Made by a program: the position numbers and the translations under genes
The notes under the pieces: model-generated
Told to the model about the DNA's origin: nothing
Database searches by the model: none
What the model saw: the letters and a program-made list of their open reading frames with translations, nothing else
Assembly (NCBI RefSeq): GCF_000143415.4
Contig: NW_003314302.1
Location: 830,736 to 894,735, forward strand
Length of the DNA: 64,000 nt
From: Selaginella moellendorffii
Lineage: Eukaryota > Plantae > Lycopodiophyta
Direction of reading: 5' to 3'
In this document: positions 1 through 13,846 of the stretch, piece by piece
How positions within the stretch are numbered: position 1 is the stretch's first letter
Layout of the letters: every line of letters begins with the position of its first letter

Positions 1-708
1 CAAGCCCCCAAATCTCTCCGGCCGATTCCTCACCGCCCTCCCAACGTAATCGACCTTGTCCCAGAGCTCCGCGTCGATCATGCTGATCTCGTCAATCACC
101 AGTGCTTTGGCAGTCGTCCACCGCGATCGCGATTCCTTGCTCGCCATCACCGCCGCCGCGAGCCGGCGTTCATCCAGCTGCCCCAACCCCACGCCCGCGA
201 ATGAATGGAGAGTGGTTCCGCCGATCGAGCACGCCGCGATTCCAGTGGAGGCCGTGACGAACACCGCGAACTCGCCGTGCAACTCTCGCAAAACCTTGAT
301 CGCGTACTCGAGGATGAAGCTCTTCCCTGTTCCCGCCGATCCAGTGACGAACACCGATTTCTTCGCGGCCACCGCCTCTAGAACCCGCAGCTGCTCCAGC
401 GACATCGTAATCCTGCCATCGCCTTCCCTCTTGTGGATGGAGTCTTCCAGCTCTATCTTGCTTGGATCGATTCTACCCCCAAAATGCTCCCCTAGATCGA
501 TCCAGTCTTCCGTAATCCCTACATTCTCGATACCTTGCCGCGCAGGACTCCACTCCATCGCGGCCGGGGAAGCGTGACTCGCAAGCCTCGCATTTCTCCT
601 CGCGATCGCGAGCTCTCGCTGCCGATGCATTCGATCCCTTTGCTCCTGGGTGAGCGTCGACGCAGGCGTCGACACAGCGCGCTCCAGCGATTCCTGCGAT
701 AGATTCAT
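1..708 (-). CDS. PIF1: PIF1-family 5'-3' DNA helicase, N-terminal part (3' end outside the window)
   Basis: Not in the ORF track because it is open at the edge. Manual translation from the ATG at 708: MNLSQESLE...LEQLRVLEAVAAKKSVFVTGSAGTGKSFIL...VTASTGIAACSIGGTTLHSFAGVG...ALVIDEISMIDAELWDKVDYVGRAVRNRPERFGGL, containing Pif1 motifs I, Ia, Ib and II. Confidence 0.93.
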   Translation of the reverse strand, partial: MNLSQESLERAVSTPASTLTQEQRDRMHRQRELAIARRNARLASHASPAAMEWSPARQGIENVGITEDWIDLGEHFGGRIDPSKIELEDSIHKREGDGRITMSLEQLRVLEAVAAKKSVFVTGSAGTGKSFILEYAIKVLRELHGEFAVFVTASTGIAACSIGGTTLHSFAGVGLGQLDERRLAAAVMASKESRSRWTTAKALVIDEISMIDAELWDKVDYVGRAVRNRPERFGGL

Positions 709-769
709 CGCTTCCCTCCTTCCCACAAAACCCTAAATGTTTTTTTCCGAAGTACACGAACGTTTTATT

Positions 770-2529
770 TTATCTTCCAAAGAGATTTTTTCTTCGTCTA
801 CGCAACTCCAGACCTTTCTCTCTCTCTCGCCAAAATCTTAGAACCTCCTGGAACTGGAAAAAGGAAGAGAGTGAGTGACTTTGATCCTCGCAAGAACTTG
901 CAAGAAAAGAAAAGAACTTACGCGAGGGAGATCCAAATCCTCGTTGCTACTGCTGCTACAGCTGCTCACGCCTTCTTCCATCCGTGCCTCGGAGCTCGAT
1001 CGAGGAAAACTTCGCAGCGCTCGGATCTGGTCGCGCAAATCAATCCCAAAGTCGTGAAGTTCTCGCAACTTTCCAGCGCTGCTGCTGTAGCTATAAGTTC
1101 TTCGTCTGCTGCTAGCCGCAGCGCTGCTGGGGCTGCTCTGGGAAAATTCGAAGCCTCGGAGATTTCTTCCAGGCTGTGGAGTAGTTTCTGACGATCCGGA
1201 GGACCCTGTGATCGAGCTGTGGAGCTTCGAGCACGATCCTGGCGATATGACTTCCTGGAGAAATATATCCTGTTCTTCGTCACGATTGTACTGAGCTCTT
1301 GGGGACGTAGGCTCGTCGATGATTTCTTCTTCTTCCGAGCTCTCGCAGCCATAGTCGTAGTAGTCGCCAGCTTGTTTCAAGCAAAACTCCACCACCTTCA
1401 TGCACTCCTTTGCATCGTCCTCCCCGATCGAAACTGGAAGTCTTGACTCTTTCGAGAAAGATGGCAAGCTCTCGTCGTCATGAACTTGTCCCGCTCTTGC
1501 TACGTGACGAGATTCTTTTGTCTCGCTCTCCTGTCCTGCTGCTAGAAAACGATGTTCTTCCTCCAAATTATCCCCCAAGTGCTGCCTGGAGATCTTTGTC
1601 ACGGATTCATCCGCTTTCTCGCGAAAAGCCTCCTGGAATCTGGCCTCCTGCGTTTCCTGGCTAGAATCCACCATCACTGCCTGGCCATCTTTGAAGAGAA
1701 GCGATTTATCATCATCAAAGCGTTGTTCGTTGCTTGACGACGAGGTTGTCACTTGAAAAGCCTCCTTTTGATCGTACAAACTCAAGATCTCCTGATGTGC
1801 TTCCCAGTTTCTTATCCCATGATCATCGTGTTGCTCTTCCGGATTTCTTACCATCGGATCATCAAACTCCTGCTGCTCTTCTAGACTTCTTGTCACTATG
1901 ACTTCCGCATCACCATCTTGTTCTTCCAGGCCAACATTACAATGTTCGTCGATACTATCACCCTCGATCCAAGCATCACCAACTTGTTCTTCCAGTTCTT
2001 CCAAGTTATGATCATCCTCCCGAGCTTCACGATCATCTATCCTGTCTCTAGTTCCTTCCCCATCACTAGATCCTACAGCTTCTTCTCCACCTTCTCGAGC
2101 TCCTCCGTTATAAACATCTCTCTCTCTTTCCCCAAGAACTAGTAACGCGTCAAAGCTCGCAGCGGCCACTCTTAGATCCTCCTCTACCAGCGCTCGGACT
2201 CTGGCAGAGATCTTCACACTTCCCTGATTCCTTTGGTTTGAAAAACACGTCAAGAGGAGCGCTCTTAGCAGCGCTAGCCCCAACGCGCCACACGCCGCCT
2301 GGAAGAACACGGCCAAGCCGATGAAGGAGGCGATGGAGAGATAAGGCAAGAGCAGCGGGAGGCACGACAGCAGCACCGTCCACAACATCATCTTCTTGGC
2401 GAGATCATAGAGATCGCACAGAAATCTGGTCAGATTTACCAGCAGCAACCCCATAATCCCCGGCCTGGATCGCGATCGCGGCCTCGCCTCAAACCCTGGG
2501 AGAAATCTAGCAAGAATTACCTCCAGCAT
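770..2529 (-). CDS. Hypothetical protein with N-terminal hydrophobic helices and a long acidic/Ser-rich region
   Basis: 590-codon ORF (838-2610), first in-frame ATG at 2529. A probable GT-AG intron at 921..854 gives a last exon FQEVLRFWREREKGLELRRRRKNLFGR* ending at 770. No family recognised. Confidence 0.6.
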
Positions 2530-4575
2530 TTCACTGATGACTGACAACAACACGAGGAATCGCGCCCTACCATGCACGATCGATCCAAGAAAATCTAGCC
2601 CCCACCGCACGCTTCGCTTAATTTCTTTCTTTCCCGATCGATCGCGAAGGAGCGCTCTTGGGGCCCCTCGCCGCCGGGGAAGAATGGCTCTCCGTTAGGT
2701 CTGCTAACGTGTCACTTCCAGCAAATGCCACGTATACAGGTAAATGTACGTTTTAGGTGATTGGTCAAATGACATTTCAACTGATACAACTGTACTATTA
2801 TTATGCTCAGTATTTAGATATAAACTTTTTAATTCTGTCATAGATATGTATAAGTTGAGTATAATTAGATTTCATCATGACTATCATGGTTAAGTGTACA
2901 TGTCTGGAGTATAATTAGATTTCATCGTGACTATCATGGTTCTTTTTTGTCTAAGTTCATGTCTATTACTCTAGAGGTGATACACTTAACATGACAGAAT
3001 GATTTAGATAATAGAAAAAGTATTTAAATCACTAGTATTTGATATTTGGCCACATGTCTCCACAGTTAACAATTTCTACCAAACGAATATGTATGAAATC
3101 TAGAGTATGGTTAGATTTCATCTTGATCATTATCGCATTTTTACTAATATCTAATCATTTATCTGAATTTGCCATATTTTAGATTGTATACTTCAAATAA
3201 GTTTAGATTGTGATCAGTTTAAATTCCACAATAAAGATGTTATTGTCATATATTTAATGAAAGAGGTATTCAACTTATAAACAAGAGTTACTTTCTTTGG
3301 AAGTGTTATCTCTATAATGGTCAACCTTTTATGGTTTATAGTGATTATAATCCATTACACTATTTTTGCTCATAGAAGGATTTAAATGCTTGATATGCAA
3401 ATTGGAAGTTTTTCCTTGAAAACATTTCTGATATAGAAATCTGCAATAGGAAGGAAAAAATACTTATTGATGCTATTTATAGAATTTTATGTTTGAATTA
3501 TTCTAAGACATTCAAAGCAATATTGAAAAAGTATTTCTATGGATTTTATTCTAAGATATTCAGAAAGAATAAGAAGATTTGTGTTAAAATTAATCAACTG
3601 ACTAAGTACTTGATATTATCCCTCTTAAAGGTATTATTACTGTTAAGGAGTTAACAAAGAAATGATATAAAATTTAAGGTTCCCAATCCAAATCCTAAAT
3701 TCTTGATTGAGGGTTATCAACATATCTATTTTATCTCCAAGATTTTTAATTTTTTTCCATGTGTATGGAGTAGAGGATCCCAGGCCTGAGAATTTGACTT
3801 TTACTCATAAAGCCCCCAAATCCAACTTCAAGGCATTGGTTCTCCCCTTTTACATGCATTTTTAGAGCACTAAACAGCATCAATCTAGTGTTCAAGCAAG
3901 TAGCTCATGCTTCAATGGTCTAAGCTATCATACTCCACATGTACTTGGTCATCTATAAAGTCCCCACCCCAATTTTCTTCTAGCCCTCAGTAAAATATTG
4001 GAACATGCCATGAGTGCCCAAAAGCTATAGTTAAATAGGAGAGAAGATAAAAATAGCTGCTGATTTTCTAGTTCCTCCATTCACATGCGACACTACCAAA
4101 TTCCACTATAAGTGTTCCATCTTTATAGATGTTATGTCTTATTGATGGCTTGAGAAAAGGAACTTTGGGTGCTATCCATCAGGATCCACAGGAGAAGCTT
4201 AGGCCAGCCCATGAACTATACCAGGGCAACTATCCAAGGATTAATCCCTAGATTCAATTGCAATTCAGCACAAACCTGGATCTCTACCATTGCAAATTGG
4301 AGCATTCATTTGAAGCATATGCTCAATAGTGATTGCTTTAGTTTTTAACACTCTCTCACAAAATATTCATCAGTTGTGCAAAAAAAAGTGATGTCTCTAC
4401 AATTGAGAGCAGTGAGAGCCAAGAGAAGAGCCAAACATAAAAAAACGTTTTACCCTACTTTGAGGGAAACATCCCAACTGCAAGAATAGAGCTTTATTGC
4501 TTGCAAGTTCTCTTGAAGAGAGCAAAAAACCAAGTATCACTCCTTTATTCTCCCCCCAACCCAAGGTTGTGTCAT

Positions 4576-5690
4576 TGTCGTGAATGAGACTTTGGGTATC
4601 AAAATTTATTTATCGGCCAGTCCTTATGGACACTCTTTTCTTACTGCCACGATAGCAGGAGGTTGGTATTGCTAGTTCCCTTTATTAGCCTCTCTTGTTC
4701 AAGTGTTAGTAAATTGGGCTTAGCACTTGTACTTAGCCAAATGGACATAAGGTAAGAACTCTTATGTGTTTTTAGCTGAGCATACTCAACCTAACTTTTA
4801 GTTTTCTTTTGCTCTGTCTTGCACTAGCTTGATAAGAACCCTCGCGTATTGAGATTGGTCCCTCAATATCGCTGGATGATAGCTTACTGTGTCTGCCAAA
4901 CACCCTCACTATTATGCCCTTTGTGTTAGTCTTATTCTGGTCCCAAATGCTATTTATGAAAAGTGTTTAGATTTGCTCATTTGGCATCTACAGAATGTAG
5001 AGATTGGCCTAAACACAATGGTGTTCGTTCTGTGTCCAAATTCACATTGTAGTGCCATTCCATATTTAATAAGTTTTGAGCCTGTCCCAGAGACTAACTC
5101 CTGGTACTAAGGCAGGCTTAGGGTGAAAGCCCAAAGCATTCTTCAGGGAAGGGGGGGGCTGTAAGGTTCCAAATGTATAGTAGGGATAGTGGGTAGGTTG
5201 GGCATGACCGACCAACCTGAAACATAGTCTAGCTCTTGCTTGTGTGCCTGTCCTTGTTTTGTGTCCATCTTAGGTCTAAGCCCAAGTTCCATTCCATGCT
5301 AGTTGGTGGAGTACCCATGTCCTTGCGTTAGGCCACCGGTATACTAAAATAGCACTAAACTCTGTTTGGCTCCATTTTGCGTGTTGGTCCTGGCATTGGG
5401 ATGCTAGTTGCTCTAGGACTGTTCTAAGTCGTTCCGAGCTCCTGTCCCTTCACTCCTTAAGCTATATACTCAGGAGTTGTTCCGTGCTCCAGTGCTAATG
5501 CTCCTTGGCTCCATGCTTGGGAGTTTGGCACTGTTCCTTCGTTCAGTGGTCCAAGGCCCTGAACCTCGGGTTCCACACCACTGTCCTTGGACACGTGGCA
5601 TGTGTCACATGGCATAAAGAGGGTTTAGGTTCCACTTCGTGGTGTTATCCTATGGTAAATCACCATAGGATAAAGGGTCAAAACCACGTA
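4576..5690. mobile_element. Degenerate LTR-like repeat (family 'C'), homologous to 46568-48040
   Basis: Both copies begin TGTCGTGAATG and share long blocks, e.g. ggccagtcctta(t/c)ggacactctt, gggtgaaagcccaaagc and gcgttaggccac. Right end approximate. Confidence 0.65.
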
Positions 5691-8600
5691 TGAGCCTATT
5701 GGCTAACCTAATATTTTTTCAAAATAACACATGGTTAAAAAACTAAGTTATTCCCCTTTGATTGGCCAAATTTGGTGGCCCACAAAGTTCAACAATAAGC
5801 CCATTGACTAAGCAAATATGGAGGAAATATTTCCCAAAACCATATGACATTGAAATCAGTATCATAGTTAAAATATTCAAGATAAACTATGATTATATAT
5901 ATATAACGTTTTATAACAATTCTGGGATGGAATGGAAAGAGTGGTGCATTGATGTTTAGTTTGTCCAGAAAAATAAAAGCATTAATAAATCATCAAAATA
6001 GCTTAATATAATCCATCAGTCTTATACTTTTTTTGGTGGGTGCTAGAACTAATGAGCAAATTTGATTTATAAAGGCACATTACAGAATTAAATTAAGTAT
6101 AAAAATCATTAATATGGCTAATTCTAATGTGCCTAACTAATATGATCTCAAATTTGCAAGGTAATTAAGTTTTGCATTTTGCAGAGCTTTTTGTTTTTTT
6201 TTTTTTTATCTGCTAGATTTTTCTTTCATTGTGTAAGATAAAAATGTATATAAATATTTATATAACTAATTCAATGACACAAAATTCTTCTCTCCTTTTG
6301 ATGTCATACATTATAAACATAGTTATTGTCACCATTTTAACATTAAATTATCTAAAGTTCCAATCTTTGGAGAGCATGTTAAACTAGTTTTCAATTAATT
6401 TTGTCAAGAAAATTCATATTCAACATAAGCAGATCAAGAAGATGATTTTCTACAGTTCCATCAAATTAGAACATGTATGTATCATGGAAATATCATCTCC
6501 ACAAATCTCTTATCAATAAAAGTACTATATTAATCTAGTAAACCATTTGTAACAATTGTTATTTAACATTTCTTTATCATTTGAGTAGTTTTTTGGGCTG
6601 AATAGTTTTGTAGCATTGAAAATGCTTATATCCATACTCATTTTGGTTAACATATCAACATAGAGTTTCTAAATACATTATTTGCTTAAATCTAAGCAAG
6701 AGCTCAAGTTACCATCTCTTTTACATTTTGGAATAAAAGTATAATCTAAGACATATTTATATTATTCTCCCAAGAATCTACAAACTTAATAAATCCATAT
6801 CTAGTAGCTTCTACAAAATTACTTTAATATTTTACACCAAAAGTCTCTTTCAGAAGTGTCCTTCTGATACTTTTCTGAGTACTATCTAAATACCCAGTAA
6901 TTTAAGCAATATCCACAATTTCAACTTGAAAGAATTTGTTTAAACTATTCAATTCTATAATATCATCTAGCATATGGATAGTGTAATTTGTCAAAAGCTA
7001 ATATATCTTCATAATAGAAGATTTTGCAAAAAGAGCTAGCATTATGATGATTATTCTTTATAAGACTTCCCTATAAGATAACCAATATACACTATAAACC
7101 TAATATATGTATATTCATAATATCTTCTAGAAGCCTAAAAGGTCATGACTCTTTTTTTGGAAGTATGCAACCATTTGTAAATTTGATTGCATAGCTTTTC
7201 AATAGCCACAAATGCATGCAAAGCTCCAATAGCAACTAAATTTTATTCATGAGTTAATGCACTCTAAACAAGTGTAAAATGTCATGTTTTAATCTTATTA
7301 CTAAACTAGATTATTCATCCAACCATAACAAAAGCTCTATAAGTTCTAATAGCAAAATATTTTCTCTCATTAAGGTTTATTTATTTCAAAACCTTCTTAA
7401 TGGATTTATATTTATTTATAGTAATAGAATTTTCAATTACCATCAATTCTAGAAAAAAAAATTCTTACATGTAGAAGAGATATATATATAATAAGATGAG
7501 CTTTCAAACTTCTATTAATACTAACATCCACCATACTCTTGAATATCTTGGCAAAAATCTTTTCATCTAGTGATTGGCATATGAGGCATTTACTAAATTC
7601 ACACAAATTCATAGTTTTTTAAAGGTAATCCCTTCTTCACAATGAAGTATATATATTACATTAAGGAAATTCTTTTTTTCTTATATTAATTCTTTTGAGC
7701 AGTAGATAACCCTTTCTTCTTCCTTACTTCCTAAATAGTTATAGTTAGTTGATGTTTTCAAAACTAGTTTTTGAAAAGTTAAAGAACCATCCTTTCCAAA
7801 AGGATTATACACATATTATATATTTCATCCTCTACTTACTTTTAGCATCCACCACAGGATACACCCAAGGATAATTGAGTTTCCACTCAATTTTGAATAT
7901 TCTATCCTTCTTCCTCCTTTAATTAATTGAAATATCAATTTTTTCTTCTATTGTTGAAATATTTTTACTCTATAATCTAATTTCAAGTCCTTCATCAAGA
8001 AGGAATCATGAAATTCTTACCTTGCCACATTTTGTTGATCTAGCTTTCTTTTGAAAGTAGCAAAGAATGTTTCACTCTTATATTGTTATTGGTGTCTTTG
8101 CTTTCCTATTTATGCTAGGTTTAATCCAAGACAACTTTGGTTAGACACCAGGATATTCTAATAGAATATTATCTATACTGCAATATATGACTTTGCTTTG
8201 CCTTATAAAGTGGGAAGACTAAATAATTTTGTACTTCATTGTTCTTCAAATAGCAAGGCAAATTAAAAAATAATCTTCAAACACAAGGTAAATATGCCTT
8301 TCTAGGATGGAAATTTAAGGCTTTATGCCTTGTCTATGATGGACTCTATATTGACATAAATGAATATAAACACATGTTTTCTTAAGGTTTGCAGCACTCA
8401 TGAGACCACAATAAATAGATGCAAATTAGAAACCTTATCACAGTTAGTTATTTGTCCAACTAAAAAATTAGGGTTAATTACACTGAATATAAATTATTTG
8501 TCTACCAAAATTACAATAGGATTATAGACTGGAAAGTTATCCTAGTATTGGCACAAGTTAGGGGTAAAATGGCAATGTTGCAATACTTTTCTTTTGTAGC

Positions 8601-10362
8601 TGAGTAAGGCTTTTTCTACCTATACTCGCGTTCTTGCCCCTACCTACAAAATAGTGATAAACAAACAAAGATAAAAATGTAAATAATGAAAGAAAAATGA
8701 AAAAAGAATAAAAGAGAACTCAACTTCAAACCCTAAAAGCATGAGTAAGGATAAGTATATGTCACTCTTTCAACTCTACTTTACACAAATAATTATAGGT
8801 AAAAGAAAAGATAGTTAATTCAATGCAAATGCATACAAAAGTAAGTGAAGGTTATTTTCTAGCATATTTAAGTGTTATTTATATATTACATGATTTTATA
8901 ACCAATTCTAACTATTTCTTGCTTGTCTATGATGAGTGTTGCTTAGGTTGGGTCTTTTTTCTTTCTTTGGATGCTTAAACTTACACATAACTCTAATTCA
9001 CTTAAGCTTCTTTATTTTGCTTTGCCTTTTATTTTAGGTTGCACAGGGGACAATTAAACTCTTAGTCTTAAATAAAAATAAACTGGAAAATTAGAATGGA
9101 TATATCATAAAGAAAATTAATAATATTTTTTTGATATTACTTAAGTCATGATTATATTAAACTAGTGTTTAATATTTTTTGGAGTGGTCAATTTTTTGTT
9201 TATATTCAAAAGAAAGCTTATATCTGAATGCTATGATTTGATAAAAGCTTACTAACTTTAACTGTATACTTATAATTTACAATTAATTAATTAATTAGTA
9301 ACTATATAAGATGAGAATATCCAAGGTTTATTCACTAAAAAATTATTTTATATATCATGCATTCATTCTTCATTTTTATTTTCGAAGTTAGTTTAGTTTG
9401 GGGTTGATTTCCACCACCACTCAATATCCTCTTCAGCCATCAACAACTTTGCACTCCAGTTATAATGCTTTAGAAGAACTTGAGTTTAACTTAATTGTCA
9501 AGAAATTACAAAACATATCAATAGCCCTAATTCTAAAATTGAGTTTGAAATATATGCTGTATTTTTTTGGGTTATCAATGCACCCCTCACAAATATCATG
9601 GTTTGTGTCACTGATTTGTTTATACCGTTTTATTTTTCTTCTAGCATTTTCACTTGATCATGAACCAGAATGTCTCCTGACGGAGGGTTTAAAAATCACT
9701 ATGGATTAACAAGATACTGCACTGAAATAAATACTGAATTAACATTCTATACCATACACTATTACCCAGTCTATGGAAATCAGCAGTCACCACCAAGTAG
9801 CAAAGCTATAGCATTCCAAAATGAAAAGCAAAATGGCAATGATGAAAGTGATTGTTGGAGTTTAAAGTGTTGCAAAGATTGTAAGTTGGTCTTCACAAGA
9901 AAAGGTGATTAAGCTCTTTCTCAACCCTGTGAGTGGATGCTTTGCACACCTCCAACAAGATAATTGCAGAGTGACAACATGTTTGGTTGTGAGAGGGGAA
10001 GGAAATGTTTTCATATTCAATCTAGAAACTCGTCAAGAATTGTGGAAGGCTTTAGAGTGATCTTAACTTTTTGAGTAATATAAAACTTTCTTTGAACTCC
10101 CTGTTCTCAACTTGTCTCTAGCAGGCAGAGAGCTTTTAGAAAGACGAAACAAAAAATAATCCATGTACATTTCTCCCTGTCCGCTTGTTTTCAAGGCAAG
10201 TCTTCAGCGTTTTGCAAGTGATCTTTAACTTTTTTGACTGAGAAAAACTTTTCAAGTGACCAAATCTTCAAGTGTGGTTCGTCTCTGGCCATTTGTTCCA
10301 AAAAAAAAAGAGAACGAAACAAAAAAGAATCTATATACATCTCTCCAAAGCGTGCGCTTTCT

Positions 10363-13282
10363 TCAATCGTCCTTGATGTCAATGCGTGTCTCCTTAGACA
10401 TAGAGGCATCCCGTATAGTCGATAGCACCTGTTTGATATCGAAAGGCTTTGGCAAATAACCATCCATACCCGCTTCGTAGCATATATCTTGGTAGCCTTT
10501 CATTGCGTTTGCCGTGAGTCCTATAATCGGGATCTTCTGCCATCCAGAGCCCAACTCGTCCTTTCTTATCCGCCGTGTTGCTTCCAAACCATCCATTCCA
10601 GGCATCTGTAAATCGAGAAAAGACAACAACCGAGCACAGCCGAGGTTTAAATCTGTTTGAGTCTAAACGAGTGAATGGAAATGAACAAACCTGTATATCC
10701 ATGAGCACGAGATCGTATGCTTTGTGATCTGACTTGAGCGCCTCGACAGCTTCGAGCCCATCTGAAACCGTGATCACCACATGACCGTATTTTTGCAGCA
10801 GTCGTGATGCAACTTTCTGGTTCACTAAGTTGTCTTCCACGAGAAGTACACGCTTTCTTGTGGGTGACAGCGGCGGCGTCGTAGTCGGGGACGTTTTAGC
10901 TGGCTTTATTGTTGGTTTTGGTGTTGTTGGTGATGGAATTATAAGCTCCTCGTTTGGTGAGGCCATGACTTTACTTTCATCCACTGCAAGTTTTTGAACT
11001 ATAGACTACGTCAGTGCAGAGTTTCTCATTTCTGTACCTGCACTTTCACTCGGCGCCTCTGGTGCTTCGTAGTTTGATGTCTCTTCGACTCTGGTTCCTT
11101 CGATCAAATAAAATGGAAGCAGAATACAAAAGGTGCTACCAGTACCATATTCACTCTCAACGCATATTTGACCTCCCATAAGCTCCACAAATCTGTGAAT
11201 CGTGACTTCTGTTAAACAGGATCTTGGATGAGGATTTCCTTTTTAAGTTGAATCTTAGAAACTTCGTACCTTTGGACGATGCAAAGACCCAGTCCCGTGC
11301 CTCCATACAAGCGAGAGATCGAGGGGTCTGCTTGAGTGAACGGCTTGAAGATATTTGAGAGCTTGTCTCTGCTGACCCCAATACCGCTGTCAGATACTCT
11401 AAACACCAGCTTCATCTGTGCACCATCGGATACCGTTCGCGGTTGATTCTTGACAGTGCAGTGAGGTACAAAAACGAACTTCCTTTCCGTGAGCGCCATA
11501 ACTCGGTCAGTGCTTTCTGGATCCACCGAAGGATACAGCCCGTCAACGTATGGAGCAACCGTCACTTGGACATACCCCTGGTGAGTAAACTTTAGTGCAT
11601 TTCCAACTAGACAAGTAAAACAACACTTTTCAGCACAGAAATGAGCAAACAACCAAGAAAACTCACCAAGATTCAGTAGACAATGTCTCAGCTTCCCGGA
11701 ATCCCCGACTAAAACAGTCGGAACTCTAGCATCAACGTCCCATTTGAGCCAGAGCCGCTTCTCCCTCGCGCGGGGCTCCAGAATGTGCAAAGTGCTCTTG
11801 ATAACATGACAAAGGTTGAAGGACACGAGCTCCACCTCAAAACGACCAGCCTCGATCTTAGCAACGTCCAAAATCCCGTTGATAAGGTGTAGCAGCATAT
11901 CTGCGCAGTCCTTGACAGTGGTCATGTTATCTCTCTGTTCTTCAGTAAGACCGGTGGCCAGCACCAGTGCCGACATGCCGAGTATTCCATGGATCGGAGT
12001 CCTGGCCACAAAAGAAAGAAAAATAACTACAAGGCAATGCAAAGATTGGAGAGTACCTGATCTCGTGGCTCATGTTCGCAAGGAAGTCTGATTTTGCCTG
12101 GCTTGCCTGTTCTGCGGCCGTCCGAGAGGCCGTCAACTCCTCGTTCGCCTTAAGCAACTGAGTAGTTCTTTGCAGCACTAGAACCTCGAGTCTCTCGTTG
12201 AGCCTCTCGAGTTTCTTGGAAAGGTGGCGCTTCTCCCTCACAGCTGCCGCGAGAGAGATCGCCACAAGCGCACCAACGGACACAAAGAGCTCGATCTGGA
12301 TCAACAGCCGGGGCTCCACGCGGCTGGCCCCGGAGATGCTGTAAAGAGCGCCTTTCCTCCTCACGGTCGCCCAAGCAACGAACAAGGAAGACGAAGCCAC
12401 CACCAAAGCCCAGCCGAGCCTGTTGAAACGAAAGGACGTGTAGAGGATCACCGGGAAGATCAAATAAGGCAGCGGCTTGAAGTAAGTGTAGATGGTCACT
12501 GTGTAGATCACAACCAAGAGTCCCAGCGTCACCACCATCACCGCGAAACCTTCGACCATCTTCGCGGGCTTGAGGAACTTCCTCTGCGGCCTCCAAACCA
12601 AGCAGTGGATGAGAAATGGAGACACGGTGATGATCCCAGCCACCACTCCCAGCCACCAAGTCATCCAAAATGGCATGAAATCGGCCCAGAGAACCAGTCG
12701 TCCAACGCCGGCGACGAGCGCCACGGATGCCTCAAAGATGGCGGAGATGGTCACGACGATCCCGAAGAAGAGCATCGCGTCTCTCTTGGAATCGATCGTC
12801 GGCACCACCTTGGACTGCTCCAGGCAAAGAAATCTCCGGAGCAAGCAGCTACACAGGTACGTCTCGGCCGCTTGGAGCGATGCCACCACGAACAAGATCA
12901 CAAGCCTCAAGGCCGTGAATCCTCTTCGATCGCCTCCTCCCATGCCACAGTAGTACATCTCCACGCCGTAGAAGCCGAGAAAACAGCCCGCGAGCACGCG
13001 ATGGTCCCTCTTTGCGAGGAATGCCATCGCCACGGCGTGAGGCAGCGACAAGGGAAACACGATCGTCTCCCACACTCGGTGCTGGAGCTTGGGAGCCGAC
13101 AGTTCGAATGCCGCGATCCCTGATCCCACCTCAGCTGCTATGGCGGCCAGATTCCATGCCAAGAACACCGCCAAGAACCGCGGCTCCCTCAATCGCCTGA
13201 GCGCCGAGCGAAATGCCGGATGTGGAGCTGAGATCGCGTCCCCCATGTCTCGCCCTACATTGCCGATACTGAAGAAGGCCAT
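10363..13282 (-). CDS. Hybrid histidine kinase: MASE1-like multi-TM sensor + HisKA + HATPase_c + receiver
   Basis: Exons approx. 13282-12057, 12001-11667, 11606-11270, 11192-11038, 10983-10691, 10605-10363, all GT-AG and in frame. H-box [16 protein letters not shown]-box [11 protein letters not shown]1 DSGIG, G2 GGTGLGL, receiver LLVEDN...LMDIQMP...KP. N-terminus has ~9 hydrophobic segments, including [14 protein letters not shown] and [11 protein letters not shown]. Confidence 0.92.
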
Positions 13283-13661
13283 GGACGCGCGCGTCGATCG
13301 AGCTTAGCCCCCAGCTTCTTCCATGCCCTGCGAGAAAACCGGGCGCGCAAGCTTGTCTGCCCTAGAGGAAGAGGAAATTGAAGCGTCCCCACCGGAATAT
13401 CCTGGCTACATGAATTTCCGTTTATAGACGGAAAACTAAATTCTCTTGAGAATATACCCCTCTAGCCGTTAAGACCAGCTTATCTATTTTCTCTCTTTAT
13501 TTATTATAATCACATTAGTAGTCTGGAGGACAATGGCCACATATATCTACATTTCTGCTGTAATAACGAGTTTGGTATTTGTAAAATTTTAATTAAGTTT
13601 CTTGTACAATAACTATGTAGCTTCACCACAATGCGAGCTGACCAATGGTAATGAAAGGTCG

Positions 13662-13765
<104 letters not shown>

Positions 13766-13846
13766 TATATGCTTTTATTGAATCTTATTGTGGTACAAGC
13801 TCGGTCTGGCTGTACCCCAGAAATACATATAATTCCACACACAGGA

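Noticed and set aside
56-577. 173-aa plus-strand ORF
   Set aside because: Antisense shadow of PIF1.
2858-2941. 35-bp direct repeat in two copies
   Set aside because: Simple local duplication; not an array or CRISPR.
5900-9400. Long AT-rich tract, possibly an eroded DNA transposon
   Set aside because: No termini or protein motifs could be read.
12150-13307. Several overlapping ORFs up to 299 aa
   Set aside because: Shadows of the GC-rich kinase exon.
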